Positions 1-7,007 of a stretch of 32,000 bases of DNA are shown here, piece by piece. Source of the DNA: an uncultured archaeon. Lineage in GTDB: Archaea; Iainarchaeota; Iainarchaeia; Iainarchaeales; 0-14-0-20-30-16. Both the position numbers and the translations under genes were made by a program. The stretch covers positions 1 to 32,000 of the forward strand of contig CAYZSS010000004.1 in the NCBI GenBank assembly GCA_964480435.1, given 5' to 3'. Each line of letters opens with the position of its first letter. Position 1 is the stretch's first letter. The notes beneath the pieces are model-generated. The model was not told where the DNA came from and ran no database searches. It saw nothing but the letters and a program-made list of their open reading frames with translations.

Positions 1-2436
1 TGTGATGATGGAAATAATAATGAAAATGATAACTGCTCTAATGACTGTAAATTGCTTGATAATTTTAAACCTGACTTATATGTCGGTCAAATTTATCATG
101 AAGTAATAAGCGAAGACTGTGTAAATACTTTTTATTTTAATATTTGTAATAAAGGGGACGGGAAACTAGTTTCTGATTTTGATGTTTCTGTTTTAGCAAA
201 TCAAAAGATTTTAGTAGTTCCGTACTTGGTAAGTATTTTTGGGGCTATTGATTCAGGTGCCTGCGTTTCTTTTAATTCAGCAATGCTTAATATTTTTGCA
301 TTTGGTATTGGGTTAGATGAAAATGTAATGGTAAATATAAATTTAGATTTTAATAATGTAATTTTAGAAGAAAAAGAAAATAATAACTCTAAATCTGGAG
401 AAATTTTTTCAGGTGATGGTTATTATAATAATGGGCAAAAGTGTAGCAAAACTTGTTATGATTCTGATAGCTCTATTGTAGGTTATGAACCAAATTCAGC
501 ATTACTTTTTGGTACTATTTATTTAGCGAATTTATTTGAAAACAGTTTATTTAACAGTAATGATTTCTGTGATGAATTTGGATTAATATTAACTGAACAA
601 ACCTGTCTTACTTCTGGTCTTTCTGATAAAAAAAATCTGGCTTGTTATCTGTTTTATCCTCCAAAGAAATGTGAAAATATGGCTTGTGCTGATTTAAATT
701 CAGAAGAAAGTCAAAGCTATTTAGCGTGTGATCAAAATGAAGGTAATAATAGCCCCTTATCATTTTCATCAATAAATTTTACTTACTATGATAATAAAAT
801 AACACAATACGCGTCTTATTGTGCTGATGACCGTTATTTGTCAAAATATAGTTGTAAAAATAATTTTATTCCTCAAAAGGATGAATATGATTGTTTAAAT
901 AATTATAATGGTTTGTGTCTTGAAGGCAGGTGTGTTCCCGGGGAACTTCAAACTAACTGTGAAGAATCAACAATAGACTATTTTCACAATGGTTATGTGG
1001 ATTTACAATATTTAATAGTTACTAGTCCAGTTACAAAAACAATATCTGATACTAGATCCGATATTTGTAATGGTGAACAAATATTAATGGAAGCCAGATG
1101 TGATTCTAACAATTTAACAGGTTATACTTATTTAGATTATAACTGTGCCCAAGATGGTGCATCCTGCTACAATGGTGCCTGTGTTTATCCTGATGAATCA
1201 TTAAAAGATTGTAATTTTTATGGCTCTGTTTTAATTGGTACAGGGTATGACCCTTTTACATATAAGTTCGGTTACTCAATTAATGCTTTTGGAGTATATA
1301 ACGGTTTTAAAGATGTGTGCCAAAATAACACTTTAATTGAGACAATGTGTACTGGAAATAATTTGAGTTTTTCACCTGTTGATTGTAAGGAATATGGTGA
1401 AAATTATATTTGTAAACAAGGGGCCTGCATCGAATCTGATGAAAATAATATTTCTTGTGAATATCTGTTTTCAGATATATTATATACAGATGCTTTAGGT
1501 AACCAAACCACTTATGATATAAATTCCTGCCTAAATGATTCTACTTTGATATCAAGATCTTGTGGATATAATGCAGATAATAAACCTGTTGTAGTTGAAA
1601 ATAATATTTTTTGTAATGGGGGACAAAAATGCGACTCTGGGGCCTGTATAACCCCCTATCAAGAATTTTGTGAAGATGATGATGGTTTAGATTATTTTAA
1701 TAAGGGCTCAATTTCTTGGGCTGGAATCGGTGATACCTATCTTTCAGGCGAATTTGATTTTTGTAGTAATAATCAATCTCTAACGGAAAGAACTTGTAAT
1801 GGCAACGTCCCTGATTATGAAACCATTGATTGTAATAGTTTTGGAGATAAGTATGTTTGTAGTAGTGGAAAGTGTTTAGAAGAAACAGGCCCTTACTGTG
1901 AGGAGCAAGGAAATACACTAACATATGAATCTTATTATGTATTATACCCTAAATATGATATTTGTGATGGTATGAGTTTTGCAGGGTATATAGCCACTTC
2001 TTATTCATCTATTCTTAGAGATTATTTTTGTACTAACTCTCTGGATTCTGCCTTTGATTTAGAATATGTATTATGTGATGGAATTTGTGGTTTTAAATTC
2101 GCAAACCAAGATGGAAATCTGATTTTTTTAGGCTCAGAATGCATTTTACAAAGTCAACTACCTAATAGTGATTATTATTATTATCCAATAGCGATTACTA
2201 GTCTTACTGCTTATCTGCAATATGTTGCGGAAAATGGGGAGATTTCTTTAGAAGATTATTTAATCCAGGAAGTGTATCCTGGTATGGCTTATTGGTTTAA
2301 CAAGGACTTGGCTGGAGAAGTTAATGTATGTATTATGCCTTTGTTAAGTAATGGTGTTGAACTTTCTGAACTAAAGACAGCAATACTAAACACAAAACCA
2401 GATTATATTGATGTTTGTAATCTGCCCGGAGATTAA
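1..2436 (+). CDS. Secreted cysteine-rich repeat surface protein (adhesin-like); 5' end lies outside the window
   Basis: Frame 1 is open from nt 1 (CDDGNNNENDNCSNDCKL...), so the TTG at 52 used by the ORF track is not a real start. Stop is TAA 2434-2436. nt 1-54 look like the tail of a CDDGN-type Cys-rich repeat. nt 67-390 resemble a CARDB-type beta-sandwich (PDLYV ... NNVILEEKENNNS ending). nt 553-2100 hold about 7 tandem Cys-rich modules. No C-terminal TM segment. Confidence 0.85.
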   Translation, partial: CDDGNNNENDNCSNDCKLLDNFKPDLYVGQIYHEVISEDCVNTFYFNICNKGDGKLVSDFDVSVLANQKILVVPYLVSIFGAIDSGACVSFNSAMLNIFAFGIGLDENVMVNINLDFNNVILEEKENNNSKSGEIFSGDGYYNNGQKCSKTCYDSDSSIVGYEPNSALLFGTIYLANLFENSLFNSNDFCDEFGLILTEQTCLTSGLSDKKNLACYLFYPPKKCENMACADLNSEESQSYLACDQNEGNNSPLSFSSINFTYYDNKITQYASYCADDRYLSKYSCKNNFIPQKDEYDCLNNYNGLCLEGRCVPGELQTNCEESTIDYFHNGYVDLQYLIVTSPVTKTISDTRSDICNGEQILMEARCDSNNLTGYTYLDYNCAQDGASCYNGACVYPDESLKDCNFYGSVLIGTGYDPFTYKFGYSINAFGVYNGFKDVCQNNTLIETMCTGNNLSFSPVDCKEYGENYICKQGACIESDENNISCEYLFSDILYTDALGNQTTYDINSCLNDSTLISRSCGYNADNKPVVVENNIFCNGGQKCDSGACITPYQEFCEDDDGLDYFNKGSISWAGIGDTYLSGEFDFCSNNQSLTERTCNGNVPDYETIDCNSFGDKYVCSSGKCLEETGPYCEEQGNTLTYESYYVLYPKYDICDGMSFAGYIATSYSSILRDYFCTNSLDSAFDLEYVLCDGICGFKFANQDGNLIFLGSECILQSQLPNSDYYYYPIAITSLTAYLQYVAENGEISLEDYLIQEVYPGMAYWFNKDLAGEVNVCIMPLLSNGVELSELKTAILNTKPDYIDVCNLPGD
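553..2100 (+). repeat. About 7 tandem Cys-rich protein modules (coding repeat, diverged at DNA level)
   Basis: The pattern D-x-C-x(4,5)-L-x-E-x2-C-x(8,15)-C-x(4,6)-C-x2-G-x-C recurs. Examples: SDICNGEQILMEARCDSNNLTGYTYLDYNCAQDGASCYNGACV; KDVCQNNTLIETMCTGNNLSFSPVDCKEYGENYICKQGACI; FDFCSNNQSLTERTCNGNVPDYETIDCNSFGDKYVCSSGKCL. Modules are separated by CE(E/D)xD...Y...G spacer segments. The first and last copies are degenerate. Confidence 0.75.
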
Positions 2437-2442
2437 AAAACA

Positions 2443-2450
2443 TTTATATT
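2443..2450 (+). promoter_or_regulatory. TATA-like box for the pilin-like operon (leaderless start at 2473)
   Basis: TTTATATT is centred about 26 nt upstream of ATG 2473. The same spacing recurs at five other first genes in this window. Confidence 0.5.
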
Positions 2451-2472
2451 GTTTTATCCCCTTTTATAAAAG

Positions 2473-3006
2473 ATGATACTAAAGAATTCTAAGGGACAGG
2501 AAAGTATAGTTTTTGAAGTTCTAATTGCAGTAATCCTTATGACTTTTGTTTTTATTATTGGGGGTTATGCAATGACCTCTTTAAACCAAACAAAATGTTC
2601 TAAAGAAGTAGATTCTACAATGAGTCAACTAGCGGTAGCAATAGAAAAAGCAGGATCAGTAAGTATTGGGTCCTATTATTACACTTTTTCAGAAAGCTCG
2701 TGTTTTAGAGACAATAATACAACCTATATTCTAAAAGAAGAAACTTCAGCGCTTTGCTCATCCTATTGCCCCGGATCGACCCAATGTTATTTATTAAAAT
2801 ATAATAATTCTAGTGACCCGGTAAGCACAGTGAGATATAAATGTGTAAATATCTCAAGATATGTGACTTTTAATGGGGGTAGCTGTACAAACCCTCCGGA
2901 TGCGGGCTATGAAACCTTGCCAGGATTAACTTTTTCATCGGGAAATTATATATTTGAATCTTACTCTCTGGGTAACCCTGAAATTTGTATTTATATAAAA
3001 AAGTGA
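2473..3006 (+). CDS. Type IV pilin-like protein (class III signal peptide), Cys-rich extracellular domain
   Basis: The N-terminus MILKNSKG|QESIVFEVLIAVILMTFVFIIGGYAM has basic residues, then Gly, then about 25 hydrophobic aa. Gln follows the Gly, as in EppA-type archaeal pilins. The remainder is N/S/T-rich with 8 Cys. Confidence 0.6.
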   Translation: MILKNSKGQESIVFEVLIAVILMTFVFIIGGYAMTSLNQTKCSKEVDSTMSQLAVAIEKAGSVSIGSYYYTFSESSCFRDNNTTYILKEETSALCSSYCPGSTQCYLLKYNNSSDPVSTVRYKCVNISRYVTFNGGSCTNPPDAGYETLPGLTFSSGNYIFESYSLGNPEICIYIKK

Positions 3007-3010
3007 TTTT

Positions 3011-3661
3011 ATGCTTGACTTTATAATATCTAAGATTGGAATGCTGCTTTTTGCACTGGCTGTGGCATCTGTCCTAATATTCTTTTCTTTAGGTATGAAA
3101 GAAATGTTTGTTGCTGAGCAAGGGCGAGAAATAGCAGCATCAATTATAACTCAAGCAAAAGGTCTGTCAGAAATTGATGCGCTTTGTACATCCTTAAGGC
3201 TGACTATTCCACGTTATATTGATGTTTATGGGTCAACAGAAACATTTTCTTTATCTGCAATAAATTATACTTTTAAAATTACAAAAGTACCTCTTGTCGA
3301 TGGAGAAACAAATACAATTGTTTTTAGCATGTATAAAAAACAAGGCAAAAAAGAAGGAAAACTTTTTGCAGTAAATAGTTTTAATACAACCTCAGAAATA
3401 AGATTTGTTGATTCAATATGGCAAATTATAGGCGATACTAATTTAGAGTGGGATCCAACCAGTGCACTTTCAAATGTAATTTATATTGTAAAAAATCAGG
3501 AAGCAGGGGAAGAAATTATTTATTTTGTTAGATGTGGATATGATAAGACAAAAGCACAACCATACCAATTATGTTATGATGCTCTTGATAGTTTAAAAAC
3601 TAATAAGGGGGTTTACTGTGTTCCAACAAAAAAAGACGAAACAGATACTACAGGGCCATAA
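3011..3661 (+). CDS. Pilin-like or N-terminally anchored extracellular protein
   Basis: ATG lies 4 nt after the previous stop. The N-terminus MLDFIISKIG|MLLFALAVASVLIFFSLGM is a single hydrophobic helix after K-I-G. The rest is soluble with 4 Cys. The pilin call rests only on the N-terminus and operon context. Confidence 0.45.
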   Translation: MLDFIISKIGMLLFALAVASVLIFFSLGMKEMFVAEQGREIAASIITQAKGLSEIDALCTSLRLTIPRYIDVYGSTETFSLSAINYTFKITKVPLVDGETNTIVFSMYKKQGKKEGKLFAVNSFNTTSEIRFVDSIWQIIGDTNLEWDPTSALSNVIYIVKNQEAGEEIIYFVRCGYDKTKAQPYQLCYDALDSLKTNKGVYCVPTKKDETDTTGP

Positions 3662-4361
3662 AAAACAAAAAGGGTTTATAGGAAGACACAAAGTTTCTGA
3701 AACGAAACTTTTGTCAGGCCCTAAAGCTTTTTGCGATAAGCAAAAAGGCTTTATAGGTGCAATTGGGGATGACCTTCCTAGCTTGGTGCCGATATTTTTT
3801 TCTCTGCTTATTTTCTTTGGGACGTTGTCATATGTTTTTATTACTTTAAATGAAAAAAATACTTATCTTGAAAAATATTTCGAATCAATTTCAGTATCTA
3901 AAGAAGCACTTGGCAGTAGTTTCTTTTCAGGATATGCTGAGTTTGAAGAGAGGGTGGCTAGTATCAATACTACTGAAAACTATATTGTGGGTTTAATTTA
4001 TGATCCAAATCTGCTTGGAAATGAAGGGGGCGGAACAGTAGATACTTTAGACCGCGAGAATTTCATAAAAAGTTGTCAGATTGGAAATAATGAAGAATAT
4101 ATTATTCCATATCTTAATCCAGATCCTTATATTGGGCCTGATGTTTACTATACTGGTAAAGGCGCAGATCAAGATCTTTGTGATTCCAATGTTGTGCATT
4201 TTTTTATTCCTAATGATGTTCAATATTTAAATAATCCTACTGATGTAATTGATGCAAAATTTATTTTTAAGAATCAAACCCCTTTCATATATTTTTATCC
4301 TGTTGCTCTGTCTACTAGTGAAGGTGTTATAACTGCATACTTGTATGTGCTGGTTTGGTGA
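3618..4361 (+). CDS. Pilin-like or N-terminally anchored extracellular protein; start codon ambiguous
   Basis: The stop at 4359-4361 is firm. There is no in-frame ATG near the 5' end. Candidate starts are GTG 3618 (44-nt overlap with the upstream gene), TTG 3711, and TTG 3783 or GTG 3786. From TTG 3711 the N-terminus reads LSGPKAFCDKQKG|FIGAIGDDLPSLVPIFFSLLIFFGTLSYVFITL, which is class III-like. From 3783 it starts directly with the hydrophobic helix. nt 3662-3782 look non-coding (hairpins, duplicated TATA-like 17-mer). Confidence 0.55.
   Translation: MFQQKKTKQILQGHKKQKGFIGRHKVSETKLLSGPKAFCDKQKGFIGAIGDDLPSLVPIFFSLLIFFGTLSYVFITLNEKNTYLEKYFESISVSKEALGSSFFSGYAEFEERVASINTTENYIVGLIYDPNLLGNEGGGTVDTLDRENFIKSCQIGNNEEYIIPYLNPDPYIGPDVYYTGKGADQDLCDSNVVHFFIPNDVQYLNNPTDVIDAKFIFKNQTPFIYFYPVALSTSEGVITAYLYVLVW
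3666..3757 (+). promoter_or_regulatory. Duplicated BRE/TATA-like 17-mer flanking two hairpins at the gene 2 / gene 3 junction
   Basis: Direct repeat CAAAAAGGGTTTATAGG (3666-3682) and CAAAAAGGCTTTATAGG (3741-3757), 1 mismatch, 75 nt apart. Hairpin 1: 3685-3697 pairs with 3704-3715 (12 bp, one bulged C at 3689, loop TGAAAC). Hairpin 2: 3725-3734 pairs with 3740-3750 (10 bp, one bulged G, loop GATAA). Confidence 0.45.
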
Positions 4362-4365
4362 ATTT

Positions 4366-5268
4366 ATGAAAAATAAAAAAGTTTTTTCAAAAGGAGTATC
4401 AAGTAGCATAGCCACGAAGATACGGTCTTTTTGGGCCACTCACCCTTTTCTTAAAAGGGCAGAAGGGCAGGCAGCAGTAACAGATGCATTATTTTTCTTA
4501 ACAATTATTTCAGTTGTTAGTGTTCTTCTTTTTACAAGTGCAATGAGTTATGGAAAAGGGTTAATGGAAAGTAGTACAGAATATTATGAAAATACTTTTA
4601 CTGTTTCAGCACTGAAAACTCTTTATGCTGTTGCTGTTCCTTTGGAACCAGATAAATATGACATCTTGGATAGTAACTATAATGATAATTTATTTACTGT
4701 TTTGAAAAAAGATTACTTTATTTCTTCAGTAAATGCAGCGGCAGATCCTGCACAGGAAGCTATGCTTGATATAAATACTCAAAAAAAGTTAATGGAATCT
4801 TTAAAAAAAATTATGGCTCCTCTTGATAAAAGTAAAAATTATTTATTTTATATAAACATTCCTGAAGATGTGTCTGGAAAACAAAAAATGATATTTGTTG
4901 GCTTAGTTACTTTTAGAGATAAATATGACTCTTATACTGGCCCAAACCCAAAAACAACTTATCTTTGTGGGCCTAATCCTGGAAAACCTAGTACCTTAGC
5001 ACTTGATGATATACAACTATATTTGAAAAAACATAGTTTAGGGCAAAGATTTGCAGAAGGAAGGCTGAGTTTATTAGTAAAAAGTGGTGTAGACGATAAA
5101 TTAATTATTGCACATACTGGTCTTATTTCATGGACTGCCTCTCCTGATTTTGATCCTAATGATAATCCATATGATGAGAAAATAGGCGAATTATTAAATG
5201 AAAGATGTTGTAAATATGTTGATGTAAGTGATGCAATAGATTGTAGTAGTGTTTCTCAACCAGACTAA
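4366..5268 (+). CDS. Type IV pilin-like protein with long leader (class III signal-like)
   Basis: GGTGA (4357-4361) sits 4 nt upstream of ATG 4366. The alternative ATG 4345 would overlap the upstream gene. The N-terminal region reads ...HPFLKRAEG|QAAVTDALFFLTIISVVSVLLFTSAM (Gly-Gln followed by a hydrophobic helix). The leader of about 37 aa is unusually long. The C-terminal domain is soluble and ends with a Cys-containing tail. Confidence 0.5.
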   Translation: MKNKKVFSKGVSSSIATKIRSFWATHPFLKRAEGQAAVTDALFFLTIISVVSVLLFTSAMSYGKGLMESSTEYYENTFTVSALKTLYAVAVPLEPDKYDILDSNYNDNLFTVLKKDYFISSVNAAADPAQEAMLDINTQKKLMESLKKIMAPLDKSKNYLFYINIPEDVSGKQKMIFVGLVTFRDKYDSYTGPNPKTTYLCGPNPGKPSTLALDDIQLYLKKHSLGQRFAEGRLSLLVKSGVDDKLIIAHTGLISWTASPDFDPNDNPYDEKIGELLNERCCKYVDVSDAIDCSSVSQPD

Positions 5269-5327
5269 CAATTATTTTTTGTCAAGAAACCATTTTTCAA
5301 AGAAATTTTCTTTCAAAAAGGAAAAAT

Positions 5328-5364
5328 GTTTCAGGAGCTGAAACAAATTCCTTTTTTGGAATTT
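5328..5364. terminator. Tandem hairpins with a T6 run between convergent genes (bidirectional terminator candidate)
   Basis: GTTTCAG (5328-5334) / GAG / CTGAAAC (5338-5344) is followed directly by AAATTCC (5345-5351) / TTTTTT / GGAATTT (5358-5364). The second hairpin overlaps the stop codon of the minus-strand gene. Confidence 0.5.
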
Positions 5365-6436
5365 ATTTCTTCTCAACTTTCTTTTTTTCAGTAGGAAGAT
5401 CAAGATTTAAGTTTAAGTCAAGATCTTGAAGATCGGCATTGTTTATTTTTCCTTTTCCACCAAAGTTAGATAAATCTAAATTTAAATCAAACCCCGCACT
5501 TGTTGGAGTAGTTGTTTTTTCTTCAGTATTTTCTTTTTTTATTTTTTCTTCAGCTGGTTTTTCTTCATCTTTTGGAGCCATCATTTTTTTAACTTCTTCA
5601 TCTCTGGCAAGTTGAGCAAAAATATTATCTACTACCTGGTTTATTTCTTCTCTTTTGTCAGGCTCTCTGTTGTGTCTATCTCTGAATCTTCCAACCTCTT
5701 CTTTAGTAAGTCTCTCAATTTCTTCTCTTGGTTTATTTAATTCGGTTTTATCTTTTACTTGAGTATATATTACATCAACAATATTATCTTGCACAGTCCC
5801 GGATGAATTGGATTTTTCAGATTCTATTGATTTTAATCTTTCTCTGTAATGTCTTGAACCATCATCAGTTGTATTTTGTACACTGCTACTTGCTTCTTCT
5901 GGTTTATTTGTATCTCTATAAAATCTTCTAAGTCTTCTGGGAACTTGAGTAATATCTTTGTCTTTATTATTTTGAGTATTTTCTGGTTTTTTTTCAGTTA
6001 TAGCAGGTATGTTGGTTGTAGGTTGTACAGTTTTTCCTATTTCAGGGACAACAGGTTTTGTTTCTATATTATCTGGTTTTTGTTGCTCTTTAGCTACTTC
6101 GACTTCTGTTGTTTTTGGCACCTGTTCCTTCATTTTCATAATCAAATTATCAACCTCACTAAAATCATTTTCTTCTTTTTTTTCAGAAATTGCATCCAGA
6201 TTTGCTGCTGAGTCTTCCACTTCTTCTTTTATAGTCATTTTTTCTGGCTCTTTTGTAATTTCTTTTGGGTTATTTTTTTTACTATAAAGGATATTAACTA
6301 CTTCTTTTGCTATTTTTTGTGAGTATCCCTCAGAAGTAACGGCATTAATAATTTCTTCTTTAGAATAAATATCCTTGTATTTTCCAAGGAGTTCAATTAA
6401 TTTATCTATTTCTTTTGAGACCACGTTAACACCCAA
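5363..6436 (-). CDS. Lys/Glu-rich low-complexity (probably disordered) protein with a small helical N-terminal domain
   Basis: 357-codon ORF. The three plus-strand ORFs overlapping it are F/L/S-rich antisense artefacts. The N-terminal 55 aa (KEIDKLIELLGKYKDIYSKEEIINAVTSEGYSQKIAKEVVNILY) look like a 3-helix bundle. The middle is E/K/T/P-rich. The C-terminus has DLNLDL-type repeats (FDLNLDLSNF, DLQDLDLNLNLDLP) and a KKK tail. The start is non-ATG: TTG 6436 or GTG 6424. Confidence 0.7.
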   Translation of the reverse strand: MGVNVVSKEIDKLIELLGKYKDIYSKEEIINAVTSEGYSQKIAKEVVNILYSKKNNPKEITKEPEKMTIKEEVEDSAANLDAISEKKEENDFSEVDNLIMKMKEQVPKTTEVEVAKEQQKPDNIETKPVVPEIGKTVQPTTNIPAITEKKPENTQNNKDKDITQVPRRLRRFYRDTNKPEEASSSVQNTTDDGSRHYRERLKSIESEKSNSSGTVQDNIVDVIYTQVKDKTELNKPREEIERLTKEEVGRFRDRHNREPDKREEINQVVDNIFAQLARDEEVKKMMAPKDEEKPAEEKIKKENTEEKTTTPTSAGFDLNLDLSNFGGKGKINNADLQDLDLNLNLDLPTEKKKVEKK

Positions 6437-6450
6437 ATACCTTAAAAGCT

Positions 6451-6479
6451 ATATATAAATAATAGTTAACTATTTAAAG
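6451..6479. promoter_or_regulatory. Divergent promoter region with two TATA-like boxes flanking a 10-bp palindrome
   Basis: ATATATAAAT (6451-6460) reads TTTATATA on the minus strand. TATTTAAA lies at 6471-6478 on the plus strand. The perfect palindrome TAGTTAACTA (6463-6472) lies between them. Confidence 0.4.
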
Positions 6480-6506
6480 AATATTTGTGTCTTTATATTG
6501 GTATTT

Positions 6507-6998
6507 ATGGCAATTACATTTTCAGGGGTATTTTTTTCTGTTTTATATTGGCTAATTTCTGCGGCTGTGCTGTTTTTTATTATTTTATTTTTAGGCCATT
6601 TTTACCAACCTTTTAAAAAGAAGGTAAACATTACTGAAGTTTATTCATTGTTTTTATTTTCTGCAATAGTAGATTATATCCTTTTCATAATAATCTATTT
6701 ACTTCCTTTGATTTTTGGAGTTAGGTCTGATTTGGTGGGGCTCTATGATGTGTGGTACATGTATGTTTATGTTGTTTTTATAATTCTATTAAAATTGTTG
6801 CTTTATTCAGTACTGTTTACTTTGATAATACAACCAGTAATACTTTTAAGCTTATTTTTGTATGAAAAGTTTATTAAAAAGAATAGCGAAATTCTTTCAA
6901 AATTTTATGTTTCTGTAATAATTTCGTTTTTGGTAACTTTTATTTTATTTTTGTTTCCTTGGATTCTTGGGGGATTTATTGCAATGGTATTTTTTTAG
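6507..6998 (+). CDS. Small polytopic membrane protein (about 5 TM segments), function unknown
   Basis: The protein is almost entirely hydrophobic (F/I/L/V-rich) with short basic loops (QPFKKKVN, EKFIKKNSE). I prefer ATG 6507 over the TTG 6498 of the track. Its TAG stop (6996-6998) lies inside the SD of the next gene. Confidence 0.75.
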   Translation: MAITFSGVFFSVLYWLISAAVLFFIILFLGHFYQPFKKKVNITEVYSLFLFSAIVDYILFIIIYLLPLIFGVRSDLVGLYDVWYMYVYVVFIILLKLLLYSVLFTLIIQPVILLSLFLYEKFIKKNSEILSKFYVSVIISFLVTFILFLFPWILGGFIAMVFF

Positions 6999-7007
6999 GT
7001 GACTGCT

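Noticed and set aside
3628-3634. A7 run (CAAAAAAAG) in the 44-nt overlap, which could allow transcriptional slippage or a +1 shift fusing genes 3011-3661 and 3618-4361
   Set aside because: The run is only 7 nt. The stop-free extension of the downstream frame is easily explained by the A-rich sequence. The intervening region has non-coding hallmarks (hairpins, TATA-like repeats). There is no positive evidence for a fusion product.
3685-5344. GTTTC...GAAAC-terminated hairpins reminiscent of CRISPR repeat ends
   Set aside because: They are single isolated hairpins. There is no array of regularly spaced identical repeats and no cas genes in the window.
5728-6287. Three plus-strand ORFs (5728-5931, 5876-6211, 6009-6287) listed in the track
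   Set aside because: They are F/L/S/C-rich low-complexity translations, antisense to the long K/E-rich minus-strand gene. They overlap each other in different frames and have no promoter or SD context.
6507-6998. The small polytopic membrane protein as the missing prepilin peptidase (PibD/FlaK/EppA-like)
   Set aside because: It has no GxGD-type motif and no pair of conserved Asp residues in the expected loops. At 164 aa it is shorter than known archaeal prepilin peptidases.
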